64,000 nt of DNA, taken from NCBI GenBank assembly GCA_031553855.1, contig JAVBKW010000003.1:295-64294 (forward strand), written 5' to 3'. Shown here one piece after another: positions 16,900-26,299 of the stretch. A program made the translations under genes and the position numbers. The notes under the pieces were generated by a model. The model made no database searches. It was not told the DNA's origin and saw nothing but the letters and a program-made list of their open reading frames with translations. The DNA is from Eubacteriales bacterium (GTDB taxonomy: Bacteria; Bacillota; Clostridia; Christensenellales; Pumilibacteraceae). Within the stretch, counting starts at the first letter, position 1. Every line of letters begins with the position of its first letter.

Positions 16900-17040
16900 A
16901 TGAAATGTAAAAACTGCAATAAAGATATGAACGCTGCCGACGCTTACTATTGCCGGGACTGCTCTAGCGACTATTGTTCGGATTGCGCTGAAAATATGAG
17001 TATATGCTCATGCTACAGCGATTTTAACCGTTATAGCTAA
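16900..17040 (+). CDS. candidate small Cys-rich (zinc-ribbon-like) protein, 46 aa, not in the ORF track
   Basis: Own translation: [46 protein letters not shown]. No SD; TATAAT (16890-16895) lies 4 nt before the ATG, so it may be leaderless. Confidence 0.3.
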   Translation: MKCKNCNKDMNAADAYYCRDCSSDYCSDCAENMSICSCYSDFNRYS

Positions 17041-17201
17041 AATTTTTACGATTTTATCTAAATTTTTATCGTATAATTTCACTTTTTGCCATTTATTTTG
17101 GAAAAGGTATTGCAATATGCAAAAAGTTATTGTATAATATTACAATAACCGGCTTATATTGTTGCCGGACGCAATTTAATAATGGTAAAGAGGGGAAATT
17201 T

Positions 17202-17486
17202 ATGAACATTACCGAAGTACGCATCAGACTTGTAAAAAAAGATGAAGGCAAAATGAAGGCTATCGCATCAATTACCATTGATGACTGCTTTGTAGTGCAT
17301 GATATCAAAATAATACAGGGCAACAAAAACGACGGCAGCTATTTTATAGCAATGCCCAGCAAAAAAACGCCGGACGGCGAATTTAAAGACATAGTTCATC
17401 CTTTGAACACAGAAACAAGAGAGATACTTTCAAAAGTCATATTAGCGGAATTTGAAAAAGAGATATCAAAACCCGTTGAGGGCTAA
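17202..17486 (+). CDS. spoVG: septation/sporulation regulator SpoVG
   Basis: [37 protein letters not shown]. Start moved to ATG 17202 (SD AAAGAGGGG). Promoter TTGCAA-17-TATAAT is upstream. Confidence 0.92.
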   Translation: MNITEVRIRLVKKDEGKMKAIASITIDDCFVVHDIKIIQGNKNDGSYFIAMPSKKTPDGEFKDIVHPLNTETREILSKVILAEFEKEISKPVEG

Positions 17487-17588
17487 GCTTTAATTTCCTA
17501 AAACACTTCAATAACTTAATAGTTCTGCTATATTAGTCACATAATATTGCTGCTGTAAATGGTTGTTATTTAAAGTAAAATGTTTTAT

Positions 17589-17615
17589 AAGACCGCAGGT
17601 TTTCTGCGGTCTTTT
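17589..17615 (+). terminator. intrinsic terminator downstream of spoVG
   Basis: AAGACCGCAG-GTTTT-CTGCGGTCTT followed by TTT. Confidence 0.75.
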
Positions 17616-17824
17616 AATTTGGTGCCGCTAAAAAAGCGTAAGCGTCATATTGCTGAATTATTATTTTTAAGAAACGCTGAATAAATATTTTGAGCGTGCC
17701 TTTAAATATTCCAGTCTTTTCTTTGTTTTTTATGTTTTAATTCATTTGACTTTTACAGGCTTATAATGTATAATTATACAAAATTGTGAATAAAACACTA
17801 TTCACAAACAGGAGATAACAATTT

Positions 17825-18640
17825 ATGAAAAAGTTTTTAGGTTTAGTTATGTCGCTCGTTATGCTTTTAAGCGTAGGGCTGATGACGGGCTGCGGAGATG
17901 AAAGCTGGACAATAGGGGCAAGAGAAGTTATAACGGTCGGCATGAGCCCGGATTTTCCTCCGTACGAAAATAAAGTTGACGGCGGAAAGAAGATCGAGGG
18001 TTTCGACGTTGATTTGCTTGAGTATCTTGCTGTAAAAATGAACGTTGTTTTTGAAGTTAAGGGAATGCCTTTCGATTCGATTTTAGCCGCTATCCCCAGC
18101 GGTAAAGTGCAAATCGGTGTTTCAGGCTTTACCATTAATGAAGACAGAGCAAAAAGCGTATTGTTTTCGGATTCTTATTTTGATAATGAACAGGTTTTAG
18201 TCGTTAAGAGCGATAATACTACATTTACTAATGAACTGACAAAAGATCAGATTGATGCGTTGCTTGCCGAATCCGGTATGAAAATAGGCGCTTGCGACGG
18301 TTATGTGGGATATGATTACGCACTTGAAATCAAGGACGCAGACGGAACAAATTATACTCAGAAAGGAATTACGACATATAAAGATATGGGACTTGCGGCT
18401 GCGGATTTAAATAACGGCAAAGTAAAAGCGGTTATTATGGATAAAGCGGTTGCTTTATATGCTGCTGCTAATAATTCCGGCATCAGAGTTCTTCCGGCAA
18501 CGTTGACTACCGACAACTACGGTATAGCAATGAAACTGGGCAATACGGCATTGAAAGCAAAAATAGATGCTGCGCTTAAAGAGCTGAAAGACGAGGGAAC
18601 GCTTGCTGAACTTGTTGATAAGTGGGCGGGAGAATTCTAA
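17825..18640 (+). CDS. amino-acid ABC transporter substrate-binding lipoprotein
   Basis: 271 aa with lipobox LMTGCG and family-3 SBP features. Promoter TTGACT-17-TATAAT is upstream. Confidence 0.88.
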   Translation: MKKFLGLVMSLVMLLSVGLMTGCGDESWTIGAREVITVGMSPDFPPYENKVDGGKKIEGFDVDLLEYLAVKMNVVFEVKGMPFDSILAAIPSGKVQIGVSGFTINEDRAKSVLFSDSYFDNEQVLVVKSDNTTFTNELTKDQIDALLAESGMKIGACDGYVGYDYALEIKDADGTNYTQKGITTYKDMGLAAADLNNGKVKAVIMDKAVALYAAANNSGIRVLPATLTTDNYGIAMKLGNTALKAKIDAALKELKDEGTLAELVDKWAGEF

Positions 18641-18642
18641 AT

Positions 18643-19332
18643 TTGAGTTTTTTCGAGAAATTAAGATTCATCTTTATTGAAGTCAAGGGCTTTGAGATGC
18701 TGATGAAAGGATTAGGCTATACTTTAGTCATAGCCATATCCGCGTTAGCGATCGGCTTAGTTTTAGGCACTCTTATTGCCGTAATTAAAGTCACGCCTAA
18801 ATCCAATAAAGGCATTAAAGTTCTGAATGTTATTGCCGACGTTTACCTTACCATTATGCGCGGAACGCCTATGCGCGTTTTTCTGCTCGTTATGTATTTC
18901 GTTGTATTTGCAAAAACAGGATTGCCTAATCTCGGTATAGCCATTATTGCGTTCGGGCTCAATAGCGCCGCATACCTGGGTGAAGCGATCAGAGCGGGGA
19001 TTTTATCTGTAGACAAAGGGCAGATGGAAGCAGGCAGATCATTGGGTTTAAGCTATCCCAAAACAATGCTTAAAGTAATAATCCCGCAGGCGATTAAAAA
19101 TATTATACCTGCTTTGGGCAATGAATTTATCGCTTTGCTTAAAGAAACGTCGGTTGCAAGCGCGGCTTGCGTTGTCGATCTTTCTAAAGCCGCAGAAGAT
19201 CTTGCCCGTTATAACTACGACGTTTCAATACCGTATTTAGCAATGGCGTTGATTTATCTCGTTGTGGTATTGCTGTTTACGCTTGCTCTAAATTATCTGG
19301 AAAGGAGGTTGAGACGCAGTGATAACCGTTAA
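18643..19332 (+). CDS. amino-acid ABC transporter permease (HisM/GlnP type)
   Basis: Polytopic protein with an EAA-like motif ([22 protein letters not shown]). The start is ambiguous: TTG 18643 just after the SBP stop is preferred, while the track gives 18622. Confidence 0.85.
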   Translation: MSFFEKLRFIFIEVKGFEMLMKGLGYTLVIAISALAIGLVLGTLIAVIKVTPKSNKGIKVLNVIADVYLTIMRGTPMRVFLLVMYFVVFAKTGLPNLGIAIIAFGLNSAAYLGEAIRAGILSVDKGQMEAGRSLGLSYPKTMLKVIIPQAIKNIIPALGNEFIALLKETSVASAACVVDLSKAAEDLARYNYDVSIPYLAMALIYLVVVLLFTLALNYLERRLRRSDNR

Positions 19333-20107
19333 GAACCTCTCTAAATCGTTCGGGAAAAAGCTGGTGCTGGACGATATTTCGCTAAAGATACAAAAGGGCG
19401 AAAAGGTTGTGGTCGTGGGGCCATCAGGCAGCGGCAAGTCCACTTTTTTAAGATGCCTTAATATGCTGGAAATCCCCACAAGCGGCGAAATTTATTTTGA
19501 GGGCGAAAAGCTGGACGAAAAGAGGAATATCAATCTTCACAGGCGGAAAATCGGAATGGTGTTCCAGCATTTCAATCTGTTCCCGCACCTGACCGTTCTG
19601 CAAAACATAACCTTAGCTCCGCTCGATACTTTTAAGCAGGATATAAATAAGCGTAAGGACGTCAAAGGCGCGGAGAAAAAGCTGCTTATCGCCCAGAAAA
19701 AAGAAAATATCGGCAAGCTCGCGCTGGAGCTACTCGAGTCTGTGGGCTTGAGCGAAAAGGCAAACGAGTTTCCCGCAACGCTCTCCGGCGGGCAAAAACA
19801 GAGGGTGGCCATCGTCCGCGCGCTTGCCATGAATCCCGACGTTATGCTGTTCGACGAGCCCACAAGCGCGCTCGACCCCGAAATGGTCGGAGACGTACTG
19901 GAGGTTATGAAGAACGTCGCCGAAAAGGGCATGACTATGGTCGTCGTAACGCACGAAATGGGCTTTGCCAGAAACGTCGCATCGCGCGTCCTGTTTATGG
20001 ACGAGGGCAAGGTGCTTGAAGACAGTCCGCCCGAAGAATTCTTTAAAAACCCTGAAAATGAAAGGCTGAAAACTTTTCTTTCAAAGGTTTTAACCGCAAA
20101 AGTATAA
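19319..20107 (+). CDS. amino-acid ABC transporter ATP-binding protein
   Basis: Walker [10 protein letters not shown], signature LSGGQKQR and Walker [15 protein letters not shown] start with AAAGGAGG 10 nt upstream. It carries an insertion of about 25 aa versus typical GlnQ. Confidence 0.92.
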   Translation: MITVKNLSKSFGKKLVLDDISLKIQKGEKVVVVGPSGSGKSTFLRCLNMLEIPTSGEIYFEGEKLDEKRNINLHRRKIGMVFQHFNLFPHLTVLQNITLAPLDTFKQDINKRKDVKGAEKKLLIAQKKENIGKLALELLESVGLSEKANEFPATLSGGQKQRVAIVRALAMNPDVMLFDEPTSALDPEMVGDVLEVMKNVAEKGMTMVVVTHEMGFARNVASRVLFMDEGKVLEDSPPEEFFKNPENERLKTFLSKVLTAKV

Positions 20108-20304
20108 TTTTAAGCCGTATGGCGGCAGCGTGAAAATAAAAGACTTCGATAGTTTTGCTTTCGGAGTCTTTTAAAATTTTTAAAAGTTTATTTTAGAGAT
20201 GGGCGCAGGGAGAACTTTTTTTGCAAAAAAAGGTTCTCCCTGCAAGCTGATTTATTCCGGTAATTTGCCGTAACACTAATAATCCGGGTGCCATACTATG
20301 GAAT

Positions 20305-21597
20305 ATGAATATACATTTTGTAGGCTGCGAGGGCGTCAGTATGAAGGTGCTCTCAAGGATGATGCAGAGTAAAGGCCACAACGTGACGGGTTCGGATATT
20401 ACGCTGTACGGGCATAACGCCGCCAACATCGACGGGGCGGATCTTGTCGTTTACACGTCGGCGGTGGGCGAGGATAACGCGGAAGTTATGGCGGCGAAAA
20501 AGAAAGGTATTCCCTTAATCGAGCGCGCCCAGTTTCTCGGCGAGGCGGCGGCGGAATATGAAAATGTTATAGCTATCGCAGGTTCGCACGGAAAAACTAC
20601 GGCGACGGGCTTCACAGAGCAGATTTTTCTGCCGCTCGACCCTACCGTACATATAGGCGGCAAAACGCTGGGCGAGAGCGGGCATATAGGCGGTAATAAG
20701 TATTTTATAAGCGAGGCGTGCGAATACAAGCGCAGTTTTTTGCATTTGCGACCCGATATTGCCGTTATCTTGAACATTGAGCTTGACCACACCGATTATT
20801 ATAAGGATTACGACGATTATTTTTCGGCGTTCAACGATTTTGTATCTAAGTCAAAAACCGCGCTCGTAAACGGCGACGACTCCGGTTCGGCATTGCTTGG
20901 CAAGGTTTATAATAATTGCTATACCTTCGGCCTTGGCGAAAATAATTTTTACCGCGCCGTAAACATCCGCAAAAGCGCAAACGGCAGAGAGTTCGATATT
21001 TTAAAGGACGGCGGATTTTTTTTGAGCGCGCAAATTTGCGTCAGCGGCGTTCATAATGTTTACAACGCATTAGCTGCCGCCGCTGCGGCGGATCTGTCGG
21101 GAGTAACTAAAGAATTAATAGGAAACGGGCTCAAAACCTTTACTGGAGTTAAGAGAAGGTTTGAATATATCAGCGGCTGCGGCGGCGGGCAGGTGTATAC
21201 GGATTATGCCCATCATCCGTCCGAAATAAAAACCACCGTACAGACGGCGCGCGAAAAAACTGATAAAAAAGTGACGCTGGTTTTCGAGCCGCACACGTAT
21301 TCAAGGACGAAAAGTCTGTGCGGTGAGTTCATTTTTGCGCTCGCTTTTGCCGATAGAGTGATTCTCTGCCCGATATTTGCGGCCCGTGAAGCCCCTATAG
21401 AGGGCGTCACGTCGCATATATTAAAAGACGGCCTGCTAAAACTGGGCAAAGAGGCCTTACATACCGACACTTTTGAAGAGACTGCCGCATATATAAAAAA
21501 AACGATTTCAAACGGCGAAATCGTAGTGTTTACGGGGGCGGGGGATATATATAAGGCCGCTGAACTCCTTAAGTCCGGCGGCGGATATGAGGCTTGA
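20305..21597 (+). CDS. murC: UDP-N-acetylmuramate-L-alanine ligase
   Basis: 430 aa with IHFVGCEGVSMKVL..GHNVTGSD and GSHGKTTAT motifs. Confidence 0.9.
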   Translation: MNIHFVGCEGVSMKVLSRMMQSKGHNVTGSDITLYGHNAANIDGADLVVYTSAVGEDNAEVMAAKKKGIPLIERAQFLGEAAAEYENVIAIAGSHGKTTATGFTEQIFLPLDPTVHIGGKTLGESGHIGGNKYFISEACEYKRSFLHLRPDIAVILNIELDHTDYYKDYDDYFSAFNDFVSKSKTALVNGDDSGSALLGKVYNNCYTFGLGENNFYRAVNIRKSANGREFDILKDGGFFLSAQICVSGVHNVYNALAAAAAADLSGVTKELIGNGLKTFTGVKRRFEYISGCGGGQVYTDYAHHPSEIKTTVQTAREKTDKKVTLVFEPHTYSRTKSLCGEFIFALAFADRVILCPIFAAREAPIEGVTSHILKDGLLKLGKEALHTDTFEETAAYIKKTISNGEIVVFTGAGDIYKAAELLKSGGGYEA

Positions 21598-21838
21598 TGC
21601 GTGCTGCGTGATTTACTCCGGTTCGGTTTCGTATTAAAAATACGCGCCCTCGCCGTAATAAATCCAGCTGCCCGCCTGTAAACCTCATCTGCGCCGCCGG
21701 GCAGAGTTGGCGGATATGAGGCTTGATGCGTGCTGCGTGATTTACTCCGGTTCGGTTTCGTATTAAAGAATACGCGCCCTCGCCGTAATAAATCCAGCTG
21801 CCCGCCTGTAAACCTCATCTGCACCGCCGGGCAGAGTT
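21580..21838. repeat. repeat family B: two tandem copies of about 129 bp (about 97 percent identical)
   Basis: GGCGGATATGAGGCTTGATGCGTGCTGCGTGATTTACTCCGG... occurs at 21580 and again at 21709. Copy 1 includes the last 5 codons and the stop of murC. Confidence 0.92.
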
Positions 21839-21856
21839 GGAGAAGTCGGCACGGGC

Positions 21857-22123
21857 TTATTCTTTTACGACTTCAATACCCAGCAGTAAACCAAATTTAA
21901 AACCTTCAGTAAAGTAAGTTAAGGCTGTTTCAGATTCGATGCCAAGCTCTGAAGTGCGCAATTTTTCTAGCTGTTCTTTTTGATCGTCTGCAATAGTTTT
22001 TTCTAATGTTTCTCTTAATTGGGCGGCGGCGTGAACTTGCTTGTAATATTCTTTGCTGTGCTTGATCTTCTCGTTTTGGCCGTGATTACCGTAAAAAATA
22101 TCGCTGATTATTGAATTTTTCAT
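21857..22123 (-). CDS. hypothetical protein (88 aa)
   Basis: ORF with SD AAGGAG, divergent from an XRE regulator. No family recognised. Confidence 0.6.
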   Translation of the reverse strand: MKNSIISDIFYGNHGQNEKIKHSKEYYKQVHAAAQLRETLEKTIADDQKEQLEKLRTSELGIESETALTYFTEGFKFGLLLGIEVVKE

Positions 22124-22216
22124 TTAAATGCTCCTTAAACACTATTGTCATCATATTATAAGAACACAATTGGGTTCTGTCAAGAAATTTGATTACTATT
22201 GTGCTATTATTCGGTT

Positions 22217-22420
22217 ATGAAGAAATTTTCCGAAAGATTAAAAGAGTTGCGTATTGAAAAAGGTTTAACTCAAAGAGAATTAGCAAAAGCAACTAATTTA
22301 AGTCAGTCTGCGCTTGTTCATTGGGAAAAGGACAGAAGAGTCCCGGGTGCAGATGCTGTTATTGCGCTTGCGCAGTTTTTTGATGTAACAGCAGATTATT
22401 TATTAGGTTTAGAAGATTAA
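22217..22420 (+). CDS. XRE-family HTH regulator
   Basis: MKKFSERLKELRIEKGLTQRELAKATNLSQSALVHWEK. ATG 22217 lies 6 nt after the extended -10 TGCTATTAT, and there is no SD. Confidence 0.85.
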   Translation: MKKFSERLKELRIEKGLTQRELAKATNLSQSALVHWEKDRRVPGADAVIALAQFFDVTADYLLGLED

Positions 22421-22612
22421 ATTAAAAATTTCGCAAACAATACTCGAGGAAAGGGGAAAAAGTGGGCAATCTGAGGAGATAACAAAGATTAGCCGCACAT
22501 TTCCTCCCGTTTCTAAGTTTAAATGCTCTTTTGAGTCTCAGATACTGATATAATAACACTCAAAATATGAGAGTGTCAAGCAAAAAGTCTCAAAACTTGA
22601 TACAATATTTTT

Positions 22613-22816
22613 ATGAAAAAATTTAAAGAAAGATTAAAAGAGTTAAGGCTTGAAAAAGAAATATCTCAAAAAGAGCTTGCGCGAAAATTAGACTTGTCGG
22701 AGAAAACCGTAAGTCATTATGAAAGTGGTTACAGTGAACCGAGTTTAGATATTCTTATAAAGATTTGCGGCCATTTTAATATTTCCGCTGATTATTTGTT
22801 GGGCCTGACTGATTAA
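22613..22816 (+). CDS. XRE-family HTH regulator
   Basis: MKKFKERLKELRLEKEISQKELARKLDLSEKTVSHYESG. ATG lies 6 nt after the extended -10 TGATACAAT, and there is no SD. Confidence 0.85.
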   Translation: MKKFKERLKELRLEKEISQKELARKLDLSEKTVSHYESGYSEPSLDILIKICGHFNISADYLLGLTD

Positions 22817-22844
22817 AAGGCTTCTTTTTCTGTGTTATAATATT

Positions 22845-23654
22845 CTACAAAGTGATTTTGATCCCTTTCTTTTTGCCGTTTTGTATGACGGTCCATTCGG
22901 TGAATCCGGAGTTTAAAGCTTTTTGCGCAATAGTTTCATAGTTGTCGCCCAGGCGTATAAGGCGGTGGGCGTCGGAGGAAAAGGTGATGTGTTTGCCTCC
23001 AAGCTGACGGTAACGCGCGATTATATCAAAATCGGGCAGAGAGTCGGCGCCGCATTTATATACGTTTGTGTTAAGCTCTATAATAGCGTCTTTAGCGATG
23101 ATTTTTTTTAAGAGCAAGTCGATTTTGTCGCGATAGTCGTCGTAGCGCATAATATTGTTTTTATAGGGCGCGGTGCGCGAAATATAGGAAATATGCCCGA
23201 CGGCGTGGAAGTTATACGGCGCGTCAAGGCTGCGTATCACCGCGTCAAAATAGTCGTTGTAGGTTTCGTCCTTAGTTTTGCCCTCAAAGTGCTCCTGATA
23301 ATAGCAGTCAGAGCCGTTCACAGAATGTATCGAGTTTATTACGTACTCTATATCGGCGGTTTTTAAAAGCGCGGCGTTGGCCTGTTCGTTTTCGTCTGTC
23401 CAGCCGCATTCGATGCCGGCCGCCACATAAATTTGAGGGGCGTAACGCTCTTTGAGCTTCATTATTTCGTTAAAATAAACCGTCAGATCCGATAAGCCTA
23501 TGCCTTCGGGTTTAAAATACATCAAATCCATATGGTCGGTGATGCAGATATGCACCATCTTTTTTTCTATCGCCGCCTTAATAAAGGCCTCCGGCGAATC
23601 TAGCCCGTCCGGCGAAAACGAAGTATGGATATGGCAGTCAAGAAGTTTAGACAT
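22845..23654 (-). CDS. PHP-domain phosphatase, histidinol-phosphatase (HisJ) family
   Basis: 269 aa with N-terminal LDCHIHTSFSPDG and PHP-type His/Asp motifs (ITDHMD, SDAH). Confidence 0.8.
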   Translation of the reverse strand: MSKLLDCHIHTSFSPDGLDSPEAFIKAAIEKKMVHICITDHMDLMYFKPEGIGLSDLTVYFNEIMKLKERYAPQIYVAAGIECGWTDENEQANAALLKTADIEYVINSIHSVNGSDCYYQEHFEGKTKDETYNDYFDAVIRSLDAPYNFHAVGHISYISRTAPYKNNIMRYDDYRDKIDLLLKKIIAKDAIIELNTNVYKCGADSLPDFDIIARYRQLGGKHITFSSDAHRLIRLGDNYETIAQKALNSGFTEWTVIQNGKKKGIKITL

Positions 23655-23736
23655 TTAAAGTTTTTCCTTTTAATTTAAACAAGTCAAAAGTACGTGAGAA
23701 AAGATGACGGGCAAGCGCAGCCCGTATCAATGCGAT

Positions 23737-24648
23737 TTAGCCGCTCCCTTTGATGCGGACGTCGGAGCTGTTTAGAATGTTGACGTAACCCAGGGATTTT
23801 GAGAAAAGGCGCGAATAAATACGCTCGCCATAGCGGGAGATAATGCCGTCGGGATTAAGGTTCGTGGTAAAAAATGTCAGCTTATTACCGTTCATACGCT
23901 CGTTTATAATTAAATATAAGTATTCGAGCGTTACGTTTTTCAATATGCTTTCTGTGCCCAGGTCATCGATTATCAAAAGCGAGCATTCAAGCAGCGGCTC
24001 TAAAAACGAGAGTTTTTTATCGTCAAACGTGGTGTGGTACGACAGCGCGCGGTTCACAAATTCAAACGACGATATCGCCGCGACAGAAAACCCTCTTTCG
24101 AGCATCGCGCTTGCCGCGCAAGAGGCTAAAAATGTTTTGCCTGTTCCGGGCGAACCCATGATAAGGATATTGCGTTTTTTGTTGTCGGGGTAGAGCGACG
24201 TGATTTTCTGGATATCGCTAAAAACTGCGGCGTTATGGGGCTGGTATGCTTTGTCGTAGAGCGCAAAATCGGCGGAGGCAAAAGATTCTAACGGAAGGCG
24301 GATGTTTTCGGTGTTATTTATCGCCGCGGACTTGACGCACTTGCATACCGCGCCGTTTGAATCGTAGCCGGTATCGCCGCAGAGGGCGCAGGAGGGCGGG
24401 GGCGCGAGCATTTCCTTTGTAATCCCCATCTGATACAGCAGCTCAAGCTTTTTTAAATTGAGCCGGGCTATTTGTTTTTCGTCCTCTTTACCGGTTTTTA
24501 TACCCTCTAAAATCAGAGCGCGCAGCTTTGCTTCTAAAGCGGCAAGCTCGCTGTTTTGCGAGAGCGCGTGGAAAAAAATAAGCTCCGCTTCAAAAAGCTC
24601 CGTTTTTCGTTTCTGGGTTATTTTATTGATCGTTTTGCGATAGTCCAT
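23737..24648 (-). CDS. dnaI: helicase-loader ATPase, DnaI/DnaC-like
   Basis: 303 aa with zinc-binding CALCGDTGY..CKC, Walker A GSPGTGKTF and Walker B LLIIDDLG. Confidence 0.8.
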   Translation of the reverse strand: MDYRKTINKITQKRKTELFEAELIFFHALSQNSELAALEAKLRALILEGIKTGKEDEKQIARLNLKKLELLYQMGITKEMLAPPPSCALCGDTGYDSNGAVCKCVKSAAINNTENIRLPLESFASADFALYDKAYQPHNAAVFSDIQKITSLYPDNKKRNILIMGSPGTGKTFLASCAASAMLERGFSVAAISSFEFVNRALSYHTTFDDKKLSFLEPLLECSLLIIDDLGTESILKNVTLEYLYLIINERMNGNKLTFFTTNLNPDGIISRYGERIYSRLFSKSLGYVNILNSSDVRIKGSG

Positions 24649-24718
24649 AAAAACCTTTTAATAAAAAATTTCTGTAAGGCGGCTGCTTATAATTCATCAC
24701 CTAGCCTTGAGGCGGCTG

Positions 24719-26152
24719 TTATAATTCATCATCATCGAGCCTTGAAAACATCGCGTTAAGCTCCTCTGCCGATAAACTTCTTGAAACTAAATTGCGCGGA
24801 GTTTCGGTCGCAAGTGCGGAATGGGCGGCGGGCGCGGATGTTTTTTTCGCATCCTCTACCGTCGTGATGTTTTTTTCGTGCCAAGCCGCCAAAACGGTGT
24901 TCATATAACCTAAGGGATTTGCCTTATCCTTAGAAAGCGACGCGGCGTATTCAAGCAGCGAACGCGGCATTTTCCAGTTTTGCGACCAGGTCTTATAAAA
25001 ATCGCGGTCGCGCGGGGTTACCATCCTGTTGATGTCCGTTAAGATGAAGAGGTTCTTAATTTCCTCATCCTCTGCGATCGACTGCATTAAGAAGGAATCG
25101 ATACTTTCTAAGGTAATAAGGCCTTGTTTGTAAAATTTGCTGACCGTCAGGTTCATGCCGTCAAGGCCGCGGATATTACGCTTAAAGCAGTAGTCGGCGA
25201 TTTTGTAGAGAACGTCGGCAGTAAAGCCCATCGCTATCCAGTCGCCTACGTAAGTTTCGATTATGTAATCGAGCTGTTCGTAGCGCAGCCCCAAAATTTT
25301 AAGTACCGCACGCGTGGTCTCAAACAGCTGCTCGCGCGCCTGTTCAAAGCCGTCGATCTCCTTTATTGAAAACAGGCGGTGCTCATAGTATCGGCCCAGC
25401 AGCATATTCAGCGTCTGCACGCCGCCTTTCTTGACGCGCTTTCCAACCTGTATGATAGTTTCAAGGTTGAAGCCGTACTCGTTCTTCCATTTCAGCAAAA
25501 GGCTGCGGTCAACGTGTTCGGGGCTGCGTTTGACGCCGAGGGTTTTCAACAGCGCGCGCAGGTCGGGGTCGTAAAGGTCCATTTCCGACAGCTTTTCCTG
25601 AACTCTGTCATACGTATTACAGCCCTCATAGGCGAGATTTTTTGCAACTGTAAGGATGTAGGGGTAGGTGATCGACGGCCCTTTGAGCCTTATGCAATAG
25701 CCTATTATAGTTAAAAGGGCGGTGTCTTCGATATGGTAGGATTCCATTAAGTTATAGTATTCGTTATACTCGTTTATGTTTATAACGCGGTCCTTTATCA
25801 TTACGTGAAGCTGATCGTTGAACGCCTTGTACTTTTCTTTTGAATACTTTTTTATCCGCTGTGAAAAAGGGATGACGGGCAGAAATTCCACGCTCGGCGG
25901 CTCTACTACGAAATTGACTAAGCCCTGAGCCTGCCAATACGAAAAGGCTTGAGAGACGAACGCAGCGTCCAGATTCAGCTTGAGCGCAATGTCTTCAAGC
26001 GAATTGCCGGGGTCGGACGCGGATTCTAAGCCCATAAGATAGACTTTTGTGTAGTTTTCGGGCGCAAGAGGCATATATTCGAGAATGAAATTATTCTCGA
26101 TACTTATCTTTCTTGAGCGCAAAAGCTCGTCGCTGAATTTAGAAAATCCCAT
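24719..26152 (-). CDS. DnaD-domain replication initiation/membrane attachment protein (Bacillus DnaB-like)
   Basis: About 477 aa from MGFSKFSDELL (SD AAAGGTG). It sits directly upstream of the dnaI-like gene, as in Firmicute dnaB-dnaI operons. Confidence 0.7.
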   Translation of the reverse strand: MGFSKFSDELLRSRKISIENNFILEYMPLAPENYTKVYLMGLESASDPGNSLEDIALKLNLDAAFVSQAFSYWQAQGLVNFVVEPPSVEFLPVIPFSQRIKKYSKEKYKAFNDQLHVMIKDRVININEYNEYYNLMESYHIEDTALLTIIGYCIRLKGPSITYPYILTVAKNLAYEGCNTYDRVQEKLSEMDLYDPDLRALLKTLGVKRSPEHVDRSLLLKWKNEYGFNLETIIQVGKRVKKGGVQTLNMLLGRYYEHRLFSIKEIDGFEQAREQLFETTRAVLKILGLRYEQLDYIIETYVGDWIAMGFTADVLYKIADYCFKRNIRGLDGMNLTVSKFYKQGLITLESIDSFLMQSIAEDEEIKNLFILTDINRMVTPRDRDFYKTWSQNWKMPRSLLEYAASLSKDKANPLGYMNTVLAAWHEKNITTVEDAKKTSAPAAHSALATETPRNLVSRSLSAEELNAMFSRLDDDEL

Positions 26153-26299
26153 TTTTTCACCTTTGTAGTTGCAATAATGATAAAAAAAAGCTATAATATA
26201 AAGCAAGGAGCCGCCAACAAAAAACGGCGTTCTTTCAGTATACTATAAACTGATAAAAATTTCAACAAAAATCCGTTTTAATATATTGGGAAAATATAT

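Noticed and set aside
21213-21824. 203-aa minus-strand ORF containing FNTKPNRSKSRSTHQASYPP twice
   Set aside because: It is antisense to the well-supported murC 3' end, and the duplicated peptide merely reflects the 129-bp tandem repeat.
22161-22178. AGAACACAATTGGGTTCT as a LexA (Cheo) box, given the many repair genes in the window
   Set aside because: The Firmicute LexA consensus is GAAC-N4-GTTC, whereas this site is GAAC-N8-GTTC. It sits in the divergent promoter of an XRE regulator, so it is more likely that regulator's operator. I saw no Cheo-type box upstream of sbcDC or addBA.
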